The notes under the pieces are model-generated. The model searched no databases. It was not told the origin of the DNA and worked only from the letters and a program-made list of their open reading frames with translations. From positions 1,984,001-2,048,000 of the forward strand of contig OY761614.1 of assembly GCA_963664825.1 (NCBI GenBank): DNA of 64,000 nucleotides, given 5' to 3'. Both the position numbers and the translations under genes were made by a program. This stretch comes from an uncultured Holophaga sp. Its GTDB lineage: Bacteria; Acidobacteriota; Holophagae; Holophagales; Holophagaceae. Shown here in pieces: positions 38,007-47,833 of this stretch; within the stretch, counting starts at the first letter, position 1, and each line of letters begins with the position of its first letter.

Positions 38007-41000
38007 TCATGGGATTGGGCTCCAGCTGATCGCGGAAAACACGTTCCTGCGGTTGTCCAGGCCGTTGTTGGTGACCTCGTCGGCGGTCAACTGCTTGCTG
38101 TTGGTAGAGCGGCCGGACATGCTCAGCAGGGTGCCGCTCGGGTCCATGCTGCCGTATTCGCGCCACCCCGCGCTGCTTGTGGGGGTCGCGGGGTTGGGCG
38201 CCGGGTTGCCGACGACGCCGGAGGCCCAGCCGAGGGCGGCGATGTGCGAATCCATCCGGCAGTCGATGTAGGCGACGTTGTCGACCCAGGTCCCGGAGGC
38301 CGCGCGCGCAAGGTAGCTGGAAGCGTTGGCGCCGGTGGCCACGTGTACGCCCGAGGGACCGTCGGCGTAGGTCAGATTGCAATTCAGGAACACGAAGCCC
38401 TTTCCGCCTGGGTAGGTGCGCGCCTGCACGAGGTAGCCTCCCGTCCCGTTTGCGTATTCGGAGATGCTCGCGGGGTACTGCGAATCCCCCAGAATTTCGA
38501 TGGTGCTGTCCTCAAACAGGGACGCGTAGTTGTTGCCCCAGATGAAGTCGATGTTGCCCGAGACCTTGGTGTTGTAGAACCAGGTGTAGCCCTGGAGTTG
38601 CAATGTATCTTGTTCGCTGTAGAAATTGGCGTTATTGGCGATCAGGCGGTGGCCGCTGCTCTGGGTCGAAGTGGTGGACTTGAAGTAGAGCACCTCGGCC
38701 TGGTTCGAGTAGACGCTGCTTCGGAGATGCGTGCTCTTCAGCGTCAGCTTATTGAGCGTGAGCAAATCGCAGTTCTCCACCATGAACACGGAGCGCCCTC
38801 CGCCTGAGAGGGGCGTTCCAGTGGCGGAAACTCCGCTGCCCGAGTTCAAAGTCTCGTAGTTGTTGTAATGGATAATCACGCCGGCGCGGCTTTCACCCTC
38901 GATCGTGACGTTTGGGCGGTTGCACAGGAAGAGCAGCTCGTTGTAGATGCCGTTGCTGATGTGGATGGTCGGGGTGGAGACGCTTGGATTGGCCATCACG
39001 TGGTTGAGGGCGCCCTGCACCGAGTGGTAGTCGGCGGTGGTGTCATTAGCCGGTCCCACCGTGAGGGTTGTCGCCGCGGGATCGGGTTGGGTTGATCGGG
39101 TGGTGAAGGTCCAGCCTGCGGGCTTACCGATTCCATCAAATGGATGGCCGTTGAGATTGGCACCGGTGAATGCCGTGCTGGAAATTCCCACGTAGTAGGC
39201 CGTTCCATAGGCCAGCTTGCCGCTGTGAGGCGTGATGGTGACGGTATTGCCGTCGATCCGGATCGGGGAAGTGGCCACGCCTCTCCGATAGGACCCATTG
39301 AGGCCGAGGGTGTCGCTTTCATGGCTCAGGTAGATTCGGTCGACCTGGGAGTCATCGCTGGCCTTGAAGATGCGGATCGTTCCGGCCGTGCCAAGGGTCG
39401 GCGTCGAATCGAAAGTGAGGGTGAGCTTGTCGTCCGGATAGGCTGTGGTCGCCGCTGGCGCTGGATACACCTGGCTGGATGTCAGGGCATAGGTGGCCGG
39501 CGAGTCGACATATTGCGGCGAGATGGAGGCGGCGATTGTCCTGACCAGCGCCGGGTCGGAATTGCTCGTGAACCGGATATCCGTTGCCCCGGCCGCGATC
39601 GGCTTCAGGAGGACCGGGGTGGCGGTGCCGCTGGTCATGCCTTTGGTCACGCTGACCACGCTGGGGTCGTCGGAAACGACGGTGAAGTCGTCCGATGTCC
39701 CGTCGTTCTTGGACGCGGTGACAGTGATCGTGCGGTCCGAGTCGCCCCCCTCCGCCACGTAGGTTGCATCGTTCGGAGAGATCGAGAGCAGGACCGGCTT
39801 GACCGAAGGATCGCCCACCTTGATGTCATCGATGTAGAAGGACTTGTTGTTTGTGAACAGGCCGATCCTGCCCCCGGTGATGGCGGTGGGAATGGTGGTG
39901 GTGCCCAGTTCCTCGCCGTCCATGTAGATCGTTTGCGTGCTTGCGGAGACTTCGAGGCGAACCTTGTACCAGGCCGTGTCACTGCCGATGGTCCGGAGGA
40001 CTCGTACGGCTCGGGTGAGGGTCCCCGACGTCATGTTGCCGGTCTCGACATAGGAGTTTGAGGAGATGCTCTGCACGTTCAGTCCCCCCAGGAGCCAGTT
40101 GGAGCCATCGGTGTAACGGGCGACCATGTACAGCTGCTTGTTGCCGAGGATGCCGTTGGCCAGGGGCCGGATGCGGGCTTCCACGTAATAGTCGGTCTTG
40201 GAGCCCACCTTGGCGGTCCAGACCGAATTTTTGAGGAGCGCAATCACGGCATTGCTGGCCGTGCTGCCCGCCGTGTATTTGAGCGCCTTGGTCGTGGCGC
40301 CCTGGTAGTCGGTCGTGCTCTCCACTGTGAAGGCCCCGTCGGCATTCGGCGTCAGATCCCAGTTGTCGGTCGTACCGGATTCGAAGTCTTCGGAGAAGTA
40401 GACCGTGGGGTCATCGAGGGTCGCGCTGGTCGTGATGATGGTGTCGGCGTTGATGGGGCCCGTGGTGAAGGTGGTGCCGTTGAGGGTGCCGTTGCCCCCG
40501 GTGACCGCCAGGTTGGAATAGCCGGGCAGGAGTGTGCATTCGAAGGTGGTTGTGGCCCCGGCGGTGACGGTGCGGGTCGTGGGCGTGACGAAGGTCCCGG
40601 CTCCGACGCTGGCGGTGACGGTGTATTGGACCGGGTCCGGAGTGGCTGAGAGGGTGATGGCGGTGTTGGCGTTGATGGGTCCTGTGGTGTAGGTGGGGCC
40701 GTTGAGGGTGCCGTTGCCCCCGGTGACCGTCAGATTGGAATAGCCGGGCAGGAGGGTGCATTCGAAGGTGGTCGTCGCCCCGGCGGTGACGGTGCGGGTC
40801 GTGGGCGTGACGGAGGTGCCAGGCCCGGCGTTGGCGGTGACGGTGTATTGGATCGGGTCCGGGGTGGCTGAGAGGGTGATGGCGGTGTCGGCGTTGATGG
40901 GTCCTGTGGTGTAGGTGGGGCCGTTGAGGGTGCCGTTGCCCCCGGTGACCGTCAGATTGGAATAGCCGGGCAGGAGGGTGCATTCGAAGGTGGTCGTCGC

Positions 41001-41180
41001 CCCGGCCGTGACGGTGCGGGTCGCGGGCGTGACGGAGGTGCCGGGCCCGGCGGTGGCGGTGACGGAGTATGAGATGGGCCTGCGGGTGGTGTTGCCTTCT
41101 CTATTCCAATTGCCGCAGGCCAGCATCCCCAGCAGGATGGCGGCGAGAGCACAGATTCGGACGTATATGTGCTTGGACAC
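38007..41180 (-). CDS. Modular pectinesterase (CE8) lipoprotein: three Ig-like repeats, ConA/lectin-like domain, Ig domains, CE8 catalytic domain
   Basis: MLAC lipobox; SVQGAL, GIYNE, QAEVL, EQDTL, GNIDFIWG, GFVFLNC and WREYGS. Confidence 0.85.
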   Translation of the reverse strand: MSKHIYVRICALAAILLGMLACGNWNREGNTTRRPISYSVTATAGPGTSVTPATRTVTAGATTTFECTLLPGYSNLTVTGGNGTLNGPTYTTGPINADTAITLSATPDPIQYTVTANAGPGTSVTPTTRTVTAGATTTFECTLLPGYSNLTVTGGNGTLNGPTYTTGPINANTAITLSATPDPVQYTVTASVGAGTFVTPTTRTVTAGATTTFECTLLPGYSNLAVTGGNGTLNGTTFTTGPINADTIITTSATLDDPTVYFSEDFESGTTDNWDLTPNADGAFTVESTTDYQGATTKALKYTAGSTASNAVIALLKNSVWTAKVGSKTDYYVEARIRPLANGILGNKQLYMVARYTDGSNWLLGGLNVQSISSNSYVETGNMTSGTLTRAVRVLRTIGSDTAWYKVRLEVSASTQTIYMDGEELGTTTIPTAITGGRIGLFTNNKSFYIDDIKVGDPSVKPVLLSISPNDATYVAEGGDSDRTITVTASKNDGTSDDFTVVSDDPSVVSVTKGMTSGTATPVLLKPIAAGATDIRFTSNSDPALVRTIAASISPQYVDSPATYALTSSQVYPAPAATTAYPDDKLTLTFDSTPTLGTAGTIRIFKASDDSQVDRIYLSHESDTLGLNGSYRRGVATSPIRIDGNTVTITPHSGKLAYGTAYYVGISSTAFTGANLNGHPFDGIGKPAGWTFTTRSTQPDPAATTLTVGPANDTTADYHSVQGALNHVMANPSVSTPTIHISNGIYNELLFLCNRPNVTIEGESRAGVIIHYNNYETLNSGSGVSATGTPLSGGGRSVFMVENCDLLTLNKLTLKSTHLRSSVYSNQAEVLYFKSTTSTQSSGHRLIANNANFYSEQDTLQLQGYTWFYNTKVSGNIDFIWGNNYASLFEDSTIEILGDSQYPASISEYANGTGGYLVQARTYPGGKGFVFLNCNLTYADGPSGVHVATGANASSYLARAASGTWVDNVAYIDCRMDSHIAALGWASGVVGNPAPNPATPTSSAGWREYGSMDPSGTLLSMSGRSTNSKQLTADEVTNNGLDNRRNVFSAISWSPIP
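40404..41069 (-). repeat. Three near-identical 222-bp (74-aa) intragenic tandem repeats
   Basis: Units start at 41069, 40847 and 40625: Y.VTA..G.GT.VTP.TRTVTAGATTTFECTLLPGYSNL.VTGGNGTLNG.T.TTGPINA. Confidence 0.95.
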
Positions 41181-41455
41181 GTGGACTCCACAAGATCCAA
41201 AGTCTTCAAATACTGACGATGGAATTCATGAATGATACCGGGCTCAGGAGGCCTGGAGCGAACCGCGGTGGTCCGGGACCCTGGATATCAGGCGAGATCG
41301 TAGCGATCTCCATATCTGGAACGGACTTCATTTCGAATGCAGGGCGAAGGGATCCTCGGGTTTTGGACCAGGACCCTTGGGCCGCGGACAAAAGCAGGGA
41401 GATGGGCCGCGGGGTGTATGATCCATGCCGGAGCCCGCTTCCCCTGGATGCCTTC

Positions 41456-41839
41456 ATGCAAAGCCCCGCCGCGCCTTTCCTTCCGGTCTTCGCCCTGCTT
41501 GTGCTTGCCCTCGTGGTGGGCGTGGGCATTCTCTGGGTTTCGGGCTGGCTCCTGCCCAGGTTCCTCAAACCGAATAATCCCAAGCCCGGGAAACTCACGC
41601 CCTACGAATGCGGCGTGCCCCTGTTCCAGGGGGATGCTCGGCACCGCTACAGCGTGAAGTTCTACCTGGTGGCCGTCCTCTTCATCCTCTTCGACGTAGA
41701 GGCGGCCTTCCTGCTGCCCTGGGCCGTGCAGTTCAAGCGCAACCTGCATTCCTTTCCAGCGATGCTCGCCTTCATGGCCACCCTGCTGGTGGGTTACATC
41801 TACGTCTGGGGCAAGGGTGCCCTCGAATGGGAGAAGTGA
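41456..41839 (+). CDS. nuoA: NADH-quinone oxidoreductase subunit A
   Basis: PYECG, YLVAVLFILFDVE and KGALEW. Confidence 0.95.
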   Translation: MQSPAAPFLPVFALLVLALVVGVGILWVSGWLLPRFLKPNNPKPGKLTPYECGVPLFQGDARHRYSVKFYLVAVLFILFDVEAAFLLPWAVQFKRNLHSFPAMLAFMATLLVGYIYVWGKGALEWEK

Positions 41840-41840
41840 T

Positions 41841-42449
41841 ATGGCTGCGCTGAGCCTCGAGGACGCCGTCCTCCCCACGCGCCTGGATGCCATCCTGAAC
41901 TGGGGCCGTAAGAATAGCCTCTGGCCACTGCCCTATGGCACGGCCTGCTGCGCCATCGAGTTCATGAGCATGATGGCCTCCAAATACGACTTCAGCCGCT
42001 TCGGGGCGGAGGCCCTGCGCTTCAGCCCGCGGCAATCGGATCTGCTGCTGGTGCTGGGCACCATCACCAATAAACAGGCGCCCGTGCTGCGTCAGATCTA
42101 TGCCCAGATGGCCGAACCCAAGTGGGTGATGAGCGTGGGCGTCTGCGCCAGTTCGGGGGGCATGTACCGCACCTACGCCACACTCCAGGGCATCGATCGC
42201 GTCATCCCGGTGGATGTCTATGTGCCGGGCTGTCCGCCCCGTCCCGAGAGCATCATCTACGGCGCCATGAAGCTCCAGGCGAAGATCACTGCCGAGGCCC
42301 TCCGGGGCCGCAAGGCCCATATCGAGGCATTCTACGAGAGCTTTGACCGGCAAAAAGAAATGGAAGCAGCCAAGGGGCTCAGTCCCCATCAGGCTGTGCG
42401 CGAAATGATCATTGAGGCCGGGGATGCCGGCGTCCAGCGGATCTGGTGA
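41841..42449 (+). CDS. nuoB: NADH-quinone oxidoreductase subunit B
   Basis: GTACCAIE, SPRQSD and VDVYVPGCPPRPE. Confidence 0.96.
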   Translation: MAALSLEDAVLPTRLDAILNWGRKNSLWPLPYGTACCAIEFMSMMASKYDFSRFGAEALRFSPRQSDLLLVLGTITNKQAPVLRQIYAQMAEPKWVMSVGVCASSGGMYRTYATLQGIDRVIPVDVYVPGCPPRPESIIYGAMKLQAKITAEALRGRKAHIEAFYESFDRQKEMEAAKGLSPHQAVREMIIEAGDAGVQRIW

Positions 42450-42453
42450 AGAG

Positions 42454-42960
42454 ATGGACACGCCCATGATCATCGAACGCATCGAAGAAATGCTGCCGGG
42501 GGCGCTCTTGGACCGCCACGATTTCCGCGGCGACCTGACCCTGGTGCTGGACCGCAGCCGCCTGCTGGAGGTGGTGGAGCTGGTCTTCGGGGAAGGCTTC
42601 CAGATGCTGCTGGACGTGACGGCGGTGGACTTCCTGGACCGCGATCCACGCTTCGATGTGGTCTATCACTTCCTCAATCTCACCAGCCAGGACCGTCTGC
42701 GCCTCAAGGTGCGCGTGGGTGAGGGGGAGGCCGTTCCGACGCTTTTGAAGCGCTTCAAGAGCGCCGATTGGAGCGAGCGGGAGGTGCAGGACATGTTCGG
42801 CATCCCCTTCGAGGGCCGTGGGGAGCTGAAGCGCCTGCTCATGTGGGAGGACTTCCCGGGCCACCCCCTGCGCAAGGATTTCCCCCTGGATGGGGGCGAC
42901 CGCTTCTGTGATGACACGGGCGCCTCCTTCGCGGGTGACGCCAAGAGCCTTCAGGCCTGA
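42454..42960 (+). CDS. nuoC: NADH-quinone oxidoreductase subunit C
   Basis: RFDVVYH, EREVQDMFG and GHPLRKDFP. Confidence 0.95.
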   Translation: MDTPMIIERIEEMLPGALLDRHDFRGDLTLVLDRSRLLEVVELVFGEGFQMLLDVTAVDFLDRDPRFDVVYHFLNLTSQDRLRLKVRVGEGEAVPTLLKRFKSADWSEREVQDMFGIPFEGRGELKRLLMWEDFPGHPLRKDFPLDGGDRFCDDTGASFAGDAKSLQA

Positions 42961-42967
42961 GGTGCCC

Positions 42968-44176
42968 ATGGATACAGCGACCCAGACCTCTCTCGAACAG
43001 GACGGCGACCGCATGATCGTCAACCTGGGGCCCTCCCATCCGGCCACCCATGGCACGCTGCGCATCGTTATGGAATTGGAGGGGGAATCCGTCCAGAAGG
43101 CCACGCCGGAGATCGGCTACCTGCATCGGGGCGTGGAGAAGCTGGGGGAGCATCTCAGCTACGCCCAGTTCATCCCCCTCACGGACCGCCTGAACTACTG
43201 TTCGTCGCTGATGAACAATGTGGGCTACGCTCTCGCCGTGGAGAAACTGCTGGGTATCCAGGATCCCCCCCGCAGCCAGGTGATCCGCGTGCTTGTTTCA
43301 GAGTTGGCCCGCATCGGCGACCACATCATCTGCGTGGGCATCAACGCCGTGGATCTGGGCGCCTACAGCGCCTTCCTCTATCTCTTCAAGGAGCGGGAGG
43401 CCATCTACGATCTCTTCGAATTGGCCGCGGGCCAGCGCATGCACACCAGCTTCACGCGCATCGGCGGCCTCATGCGGGATCTGCCGGAGACTTTCCTGCC
43501 CCTGCTGGAGCAGTTCCAGGACAGCATGCCCAGGAGCCTCGACGAGATGGAGAAGCTCCTCACCCATAACCCCATCTGGCACGATCGCACGAAGGGCGTG
43601 GGCCGGATCTTCCCGGAGGAGGCCATCTCCTGGGGCTACACGGGTCCCTGCCTGCGGGCCGCGGGCGTGGCCCAGGATCTCCGCAAGCTCCAGCCCTACC
43701 TGGGCTACGAGACCTTCGATTTCGATATCCCCATCGGCACCTGCGGCGATGTGTTCGACCGCTACCTGGTGCGCACCGAGGAGATGCGTCAGAGCCTGCG
43801 CATCATCGGCCAGTGCGTGGCCAAGCTCAAGGAGATCGGCCCCGGCCCCGTAATCGTCGACGACTATAAGATCGCCCTTCCGCCCAAACAGAAGGTCTAC
43901 ACCCGCATGGAGAGCCTCATCCACCACTTCAAGCTGGTGATGCACGGCATGGATATGCCCGAAGGCGAGATCTATTCCGCCACGGAGGCCGCCAACGGCG
44001 AACTGGGCTTCTACATCGTCTCCAAGGGAGGCAAGAGCCCCCACCGCATCCACGTGCGGCCTCCCTGTTTCCCCATATTCAATAGCTTCGACGAACAGGT
44101 GAGGGGCGGCTTGATTGCTGACGCTCTTGCGGTTCTCGGCTCGATGAATGTCATTGCGGGTGAGCTGGACCGATAG
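42968..44176 (+). CDS. nuoD: NADH-quinone oxidoreductase subunit D
   Basis: GPSHPATHGTLR, GYLHRGVEK, DRLNY and GELDR end; no [NiFe] CxxC motifs. Confidence 0.96.
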   Translation: MDTATQTSLEQDGDRMIVNLGPSHPATHGTLRIVMELEGESVQKATPEIGYLHRGVEKLGEHLSYAQFIPLTDRLNYCSSLMNNVGYALAVEKLLGIQDPPRSQVIRVLVSELARIGDHIICVGINAVDLGAYSAFLYLFKEREAIYDLFELAAGQRMHTSFTRIGGLMRDLPETFLPLLEQFQDSMPRSLDEMEKLLTHNPIWHDRTKGVGRIFPEEAISWGYTGPCLRAAGVAQDLRKLQPYLGYETFDFDIPIGTCGDVFDRYLVRTEEMRQSLRIIGQCVAKLKEIGPGPVIVDDYKIALPPKQKVYTRMESLIHHFKLVMHGMDMPEGEIYSATEAANGELGFYIVSKGGKSPHRIHVRPPCFPIFNSFDEQVRGGLIADALAVLGSMNVIAGELDR

Positions 44177-44375
44177 GCCGAGGTCTTGATCGTGATCATG
44201 GCGATGGGAGGACGAGCCGAGGCCGCGCTGGCCTTGGCCAGCGGGGCGGGGTCCATGGTCACCCGACACAGCGGAGCCGTGGAGGGGGACGACCGGCGCG
44301 AAGCGACGGCCCGGAGGGCGCGGCACAGGAAGTGCCGCGTCAGTGTCATTGCGGGCGAACTGGACCGATAGGCCG
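44149..44375 (+). repeat. 32-bp direct repeat duplicating the nuoD 3' end (att-like scar)
   Basis: TGTCATTGCGGGTGAGCTGGACCGATAGGCCG (44149-44180) vs TGTCATTGCGGGCGAACTGGACCGATAGGCCG (44344-44375); two synonymous mismatches. Confidence 0.9.
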
Positions 44376-44855
44376 GGTCCTATCGGCCAGGGCTCGCATG
44401 CCCTCCCGCAGGCGTTCGAGCAGATCCAGGAGCCGAGTCCTTTCGGCCTCGGGGAGCAGTCCCTCCAGTTCCCTGAGGAGGGAGGCGTGGACGAGGGAGA
44501 GGCTCCCCTGGCGGGCATCCCCCCGGGCCGTGAGTCGCACCCGGCAGCTGCGCCTGTCCTGGGGGTGGGGCAAGCGATCTACCAGGCCCATGGCCACCAG
44601 ACGGTCCACCAGGCGCGGCACATCGGCGCTGCGGGAGATGATCCGCTGGCGGAGTTCCCCGATGGCATAGCCCTCGGTGGGGCCGCCCTTGAGGATTCGG
44701 AGCACATTGAACTGGGAATCGGTGAGCTCCGCAGGCCTGAAGATCCGCTCCTCCATGAGTCGGGTCAGGTGTTCCCGGGTGAGGAGGACCGAGAGCGCCA
44801 GCTCATGCCCCGGCTCCAGGGGCTTCCCGATATGGAGTTCCTCGGCGATGCGCAT
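44346..44855 (-). CDS. MarR-family transcriptional regulator
   Basis: LTDSQFNVLRIL, VPRLVDRL..GLV and DRRS..VRLT..G. Confidence 0.9.
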   Translation of the reverse strand: MRIAEELHIGKPLEPGHELALSVLLTREHLTRLMEERIFRPAELTDSQFNVLRILKGGPTEGYAIGELRQRIISRSADVPRLVDRLVAMGLVDRLPHPQDRRSCRVRLTARGDARQGSLSLVHASLLRELEGLLPEAERTRLLDLLERLREGMRALADRTRPIGPVRPQ

Positions 44856-44975
44856 GGAATCGAGTCCTTTCTTGCAACCTACGATGGAAGCCCTCTGGGA
44901 GGGATGAAAAGTGTTGTCACATCCTTTTGAGATGCCGCATCCCAGGTAAATGAACATCTGCCATAAGGAGCTCCC

Positions 44976-45542
44976 ATGATGTTTCGTAGCCTCACCCTCC
45001 TCGCCGCGCTTTCGATCTCCCTTCCCGTCTTCGCCCAGGATGTCTACAAGATCGACGCCGTCCATAGCCAGATTGGATTCCGGATCCGCCATCTGGTGGC
45101 CAAGACTTCGGGCCGCTTCACGCGCTTCGAGGGCCTAGTGAAGGTCGATCCCAAGGACATCTCCAGATCCAGCGTGGAGATCCAGATCGACGCAGCCTCC
45201 ATCAATACGGATAACGAGGCCCGGGATAAGCACCTGCGCAGCGCCGATTTCTTCGAGGTGGCCAAGTTCCCGGTCATCACCTTCCGGAGCACCTCCGTGA
45301 AGGAAGTGGAAAAGGGCAAGCTCCGGGTGACGGGCGTGCTCGTCATGCACGGTGTGACGCGCACCATCAGCTTCCCCATCACCAACGCGGGCACGAGGCC
45401 GGGCATGCAGCCGGGCAGCGTGGCGGCCGGTTTCATTGACGGGGCCTTGAAGCTCAACCGCAACGATTTCGGCATCAAGACCTATCCCGGCGTGTTGGGG
45501 GATGATGTGGATATCAGCTTGGATATCGAAGCGGGCAAGTGA
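44976..45542 (+). CDS. yceI: YceI-family periplasmic polyisoprenoid-binding protein
   Basis: Signal peptide, IDAVHS.I.F.IRH, RDKHLRSADFF and HGVTR. Confidence 0.92.
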   Translation: MMFRSLTLLAALSISLPVFAQDVYKIDAVHSQIGFRIRHLVAKTSGRFTRFEGLVKVDPKDISRSSVEIQIDAASINTDNEARDKHLRSADFFEVAKFPVITFRSTSVKEVEKGKLRVTGVLVMHGVTRTISFPITNAGTRPGMQPGSVAAGFIDGALKLNRNDFGIKTYPGVLGDDVDISLDIEAGK

Positions 45543-45588
45543 ACCAGTCCATTCCGGGCTGGCACGGCAGCCCTTCAGGAGGTCCTTC

Positions 45589-45825
45589 ATGAGTGAAGCC
45601 AAGGTCGTCGATACCAAGCCTGTGGTGCTCGAACTGGAGCCCGGAACCTACTATTGGTGCGCCTGCGGACGCTCCGCCAAGCACCCCTTCTGCGACGGGT
45701 CCCATCAGGGCACAGGCCTCAAATCCGTGAAGTTCGAATTGGCGGAGGCCAAACAGGTGGCCCTCTGCGCGTGCAAGCAGACGGGCAACCCGCCCTTCTG
45801 CGATGGCGCCCACAGGAAGCTCTGA
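45589..45825 (+). CDS. Two-CDGSH [2Fe-2S] protein (MiNT/CISD3-like)
   Basis: WCACGRS..PFCDGSH and LCACKQT..PFCDGAH; AGGAGG RBS. Confidence 0.92.
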   Translation: MSEAKVVDTKPVVLELEPGTYYWCACGRSAKHPFCDGSHQGTGLKSVKFELAEAKQVALCACKQTGNPPFCDGAHRKL

Positions 45826-45878
45826 AAGGGCCTCCTCGATCTCGTTCCGGGCTAGAATTGTCCACATCGAGAGCGCCC

Positions 45879-46451
45879 ATGAATCAGCCCCTGCCTTCAG
45901 AGACCAGTGACGGGCCCCTCGCGCCGGGGCAGCGCCTTGAGCGTTCCCAGCGGGAAATCCTGAGCCCTGAAACGGAAGGGGCGATTCGCGCCCTGGCCTT
46001 GAAATATCCCGATAAGCTGGCCGCCACCCTGCCGGCGCTTCATCTGGCCCAGGCCGATCTCGGGTTCACGAGCCTGGCGGCCATGAAGGAGGTGGCGCGG
46101 ATTCTGGAGATCCCCGCGGGCCATGTCTACGGCGTGGCCACCTTCTATACGATGTTTCATCAGAAGCCCCTGGGGAAGTTCCACCTGCAGGTCTGCACCA
46201 ATCTCTGCTGTGCGTTAAGGGGGGGCGCCCAGCTCTTCGAACGGCTCTGCGAGCGGTTCGGCGTGAAGCCTGGGGAAGTCAGCTCCGACGGCCTGTGGAG
46301 CGTGGAGGAAGTGGAATGCCTGGGCAGCTGCGGCAGCGGCCCCTGCCTGCAAGTGAACCAGGAGGTCTACGACGAGTTCCTGGATGACGCCCGCCTGGAC
46401 GCCGTGATCGAGGCCTGCCAGCGGGGGGATGTCTCCGAGTGGGGGAAGTGA
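45879..46451 (+). CDS. nuoE: NADH-quinone oxidoreductase subunit E
   Basis: VATFYTMF, VCTNLCC and VECLGSCGSGP. Confidence 0.92.
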   Translation: MNQPLPSETSDGPLAPGQRLERSQREILSPETEGAIRALALKYPDKLAATLPALHLAQADLGFTSLAAMKEVARILEIPAGHVYGVATFYTMFHQKPLGKFHLQVCTNLCCALRGGAQLFERLCERFGVKPGEVSSDGLWSVEEVECLGSCGSGPCLQVNQEVYDEFLDDARLDAVIEACQRGDVSEWGK

Positions 46452-47833
46452 TGGGCGCGATCCGCACCAAACCTGACTCCCAGAGCTACACCTTCGAGGG
46501 ATTCGGCACCGAACGCTTCCCCAATTTCATGCTCCGGGGTGCGGGCGATCTGGACAACTGGCATCTCAAGACCTACGAACAGCGCCACGAGGGCTACGAG
46601 GCCCTGAGGAAGGCCTTGAAGCTAGATCCTGCCGCCGTGACGGCGGAGGTGAAGGCCTCGGGGCTGAGGGGCCGGGGGGGGGCGGGCTTTCCCACGGGAT
46701 TGAAGTGGACCTTCATGCCCAAGGATTCGGACGAGCGCAAGCATACGCGCTACCTGGTGTGCAACGCCGATGAAGGCGAGCCGGGCACCTTCAAGGACCG
46801 GGCCATCCTGGAGTACAACCCCCACCAGCTCCTCGAGGGCATGATTCTAGCGGCCTGGGCCATGCAGTGCCAACTCGGCTTCATCTACGTGCGCGGCGAA
46901 TTTAAGTGGCTGGTGGACAAGCTGGAGGCCGCCCTCCAGGAGGCCCGGGAGGCGGGTTACCTGGGCCAGAACATCCTGGGCACGGGTTGGGATTTCGATA
47001 TCCTCACCTACCGCGGCGCGGGAGCTTATATCTGCGGCGAGGAGACGGCCCTGCTCAATTCCTTGGAGGGCCGCCGGGGCGAGCCCCGGGTGAAGCCTCC
47101 CTTCCCGGCCACCCAGGGCGCCTACGGCCAGCCAACGACTGTCAATAACGTGGAGACCCTGGCGACCGTGCCTGTGATCCTGCGTCTCGGGGGTGCGGCC
47201 TACGCCCGCATCGGCACGCCCAATAACACGGGCACCCGCATCTTCGGCGTCTCGGGCCAGGTGAAGCGGCCGGGCCTCTACGAACTGCCCCTGGGCACCC
47301 CCCTGAACTTCCTCGTGCATGACCTGGCGGGGGGATCCAGCACGGGGAAGCCGATCAAGGCCATCATCCCCGGGGGCAGCAGTTCGCCCATGCTGGACGA
47401 AAAGGACTTCGACTGTCCCATGGATTTCGACGCCCTGAAGGCCCGGGGCAGCATGGCCGGGAGCGGCGGCGTCATCGTCATGGACGAGGATGTCTGCATG
47501 GTGGAGGTCACCCTGCGCCTCACCCGCTTCTATGCCGAGGAGTCCTGCGGCCAGTGCACCCCCTGTCGCGAAGGCTGCCACTGGCTAGAGATGGTGCTGC
47601 ACCGCATCGAGCACGGTCAGGGCAAACCCAGCGACTTGGATCTCATCGCCAGCCTCACGCCCCGCATCAATCTGCGCACCCTCTGTCCCCTGGGGGACGC
47701 CGCCTGCGGCCCCATCGATTCGGCCCTCCAGAAGTTCCGGCATGAATTCGAGCACCACATCGAGCACGGGACCTGCCTAGTCAAGGGGCCCCGGCTGATG
47801 TGCGCGAGCGTCCTCCCTGGCGCTTCTGAATGA
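46451..47833 (+). CDS. nuoF: NADH-quinone oxidoreductase subunit F
   Basis: [40 protein letters not shown] and [12 protein letters not shown]. Confidence 0.95.
   Translation: MGAIRTKPDSQSYTFEGFGTERFPNFMLRGAGDLDNWHLKTYEQRHEGYEALRKALKLDPAAVTAEVKASGLRGRGGAGFPTGLKWTFMPKDSDERKHTRYLVCNADEGEPGTFKDRAILEYNPHQLLEGMILAAWAMQCQLGFIYVRGEFKWLVDKLEAALQEAREAGYLGQNILGTGWDFDILTYRGAGAYICGEETALLNSLEGRRGEPRVKPPFPATQGAYGQPTTVNNVETLATVPVILRLGGAAYARIGTPNNTGTRIFGVSGQVKRPGLYELPLGTPLNFLVHDLAGGSSTGKPIKAIIPGGSSSPMLDEKDFDCPMDFDALKARGSMAGSGGVIVMDEDVCMVEVTLRLTRFYAEESCGQCTPCREGCHWLEMVLHRIEHGQGKPSDLDLIASLTPRINLRTLCPLGDAACGPIDSALQKFRHEFEHHIEHGTCLVKGPRLMCASVLPGASE

Noticed and set aside
40404..41069. Tandem repeats as a CRISPR array
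   Set aside because: Units are 222 bp, in frame within a CDS, and have no unique spacers.
41294..41310. GAGATCG-TAG-CGATCTC palindrome between the pectinesterase gene and nuoA
   Set aside because: A single 7-bp stem with no recognisable motif; could be chance.
42968..44176. Group 4 [NiFe]-hydrogenase large subunit
   Set aside because: The Ni-binding CxxC motifs are absent; the motifs are those of NuoD.
44149..44375. nuoD repeat as a DGR template/variable repeat pair
   Set aside because: Only 32 bp; mismatches are synonymous and not adenine-specific; no reverse transcriptase in the window.
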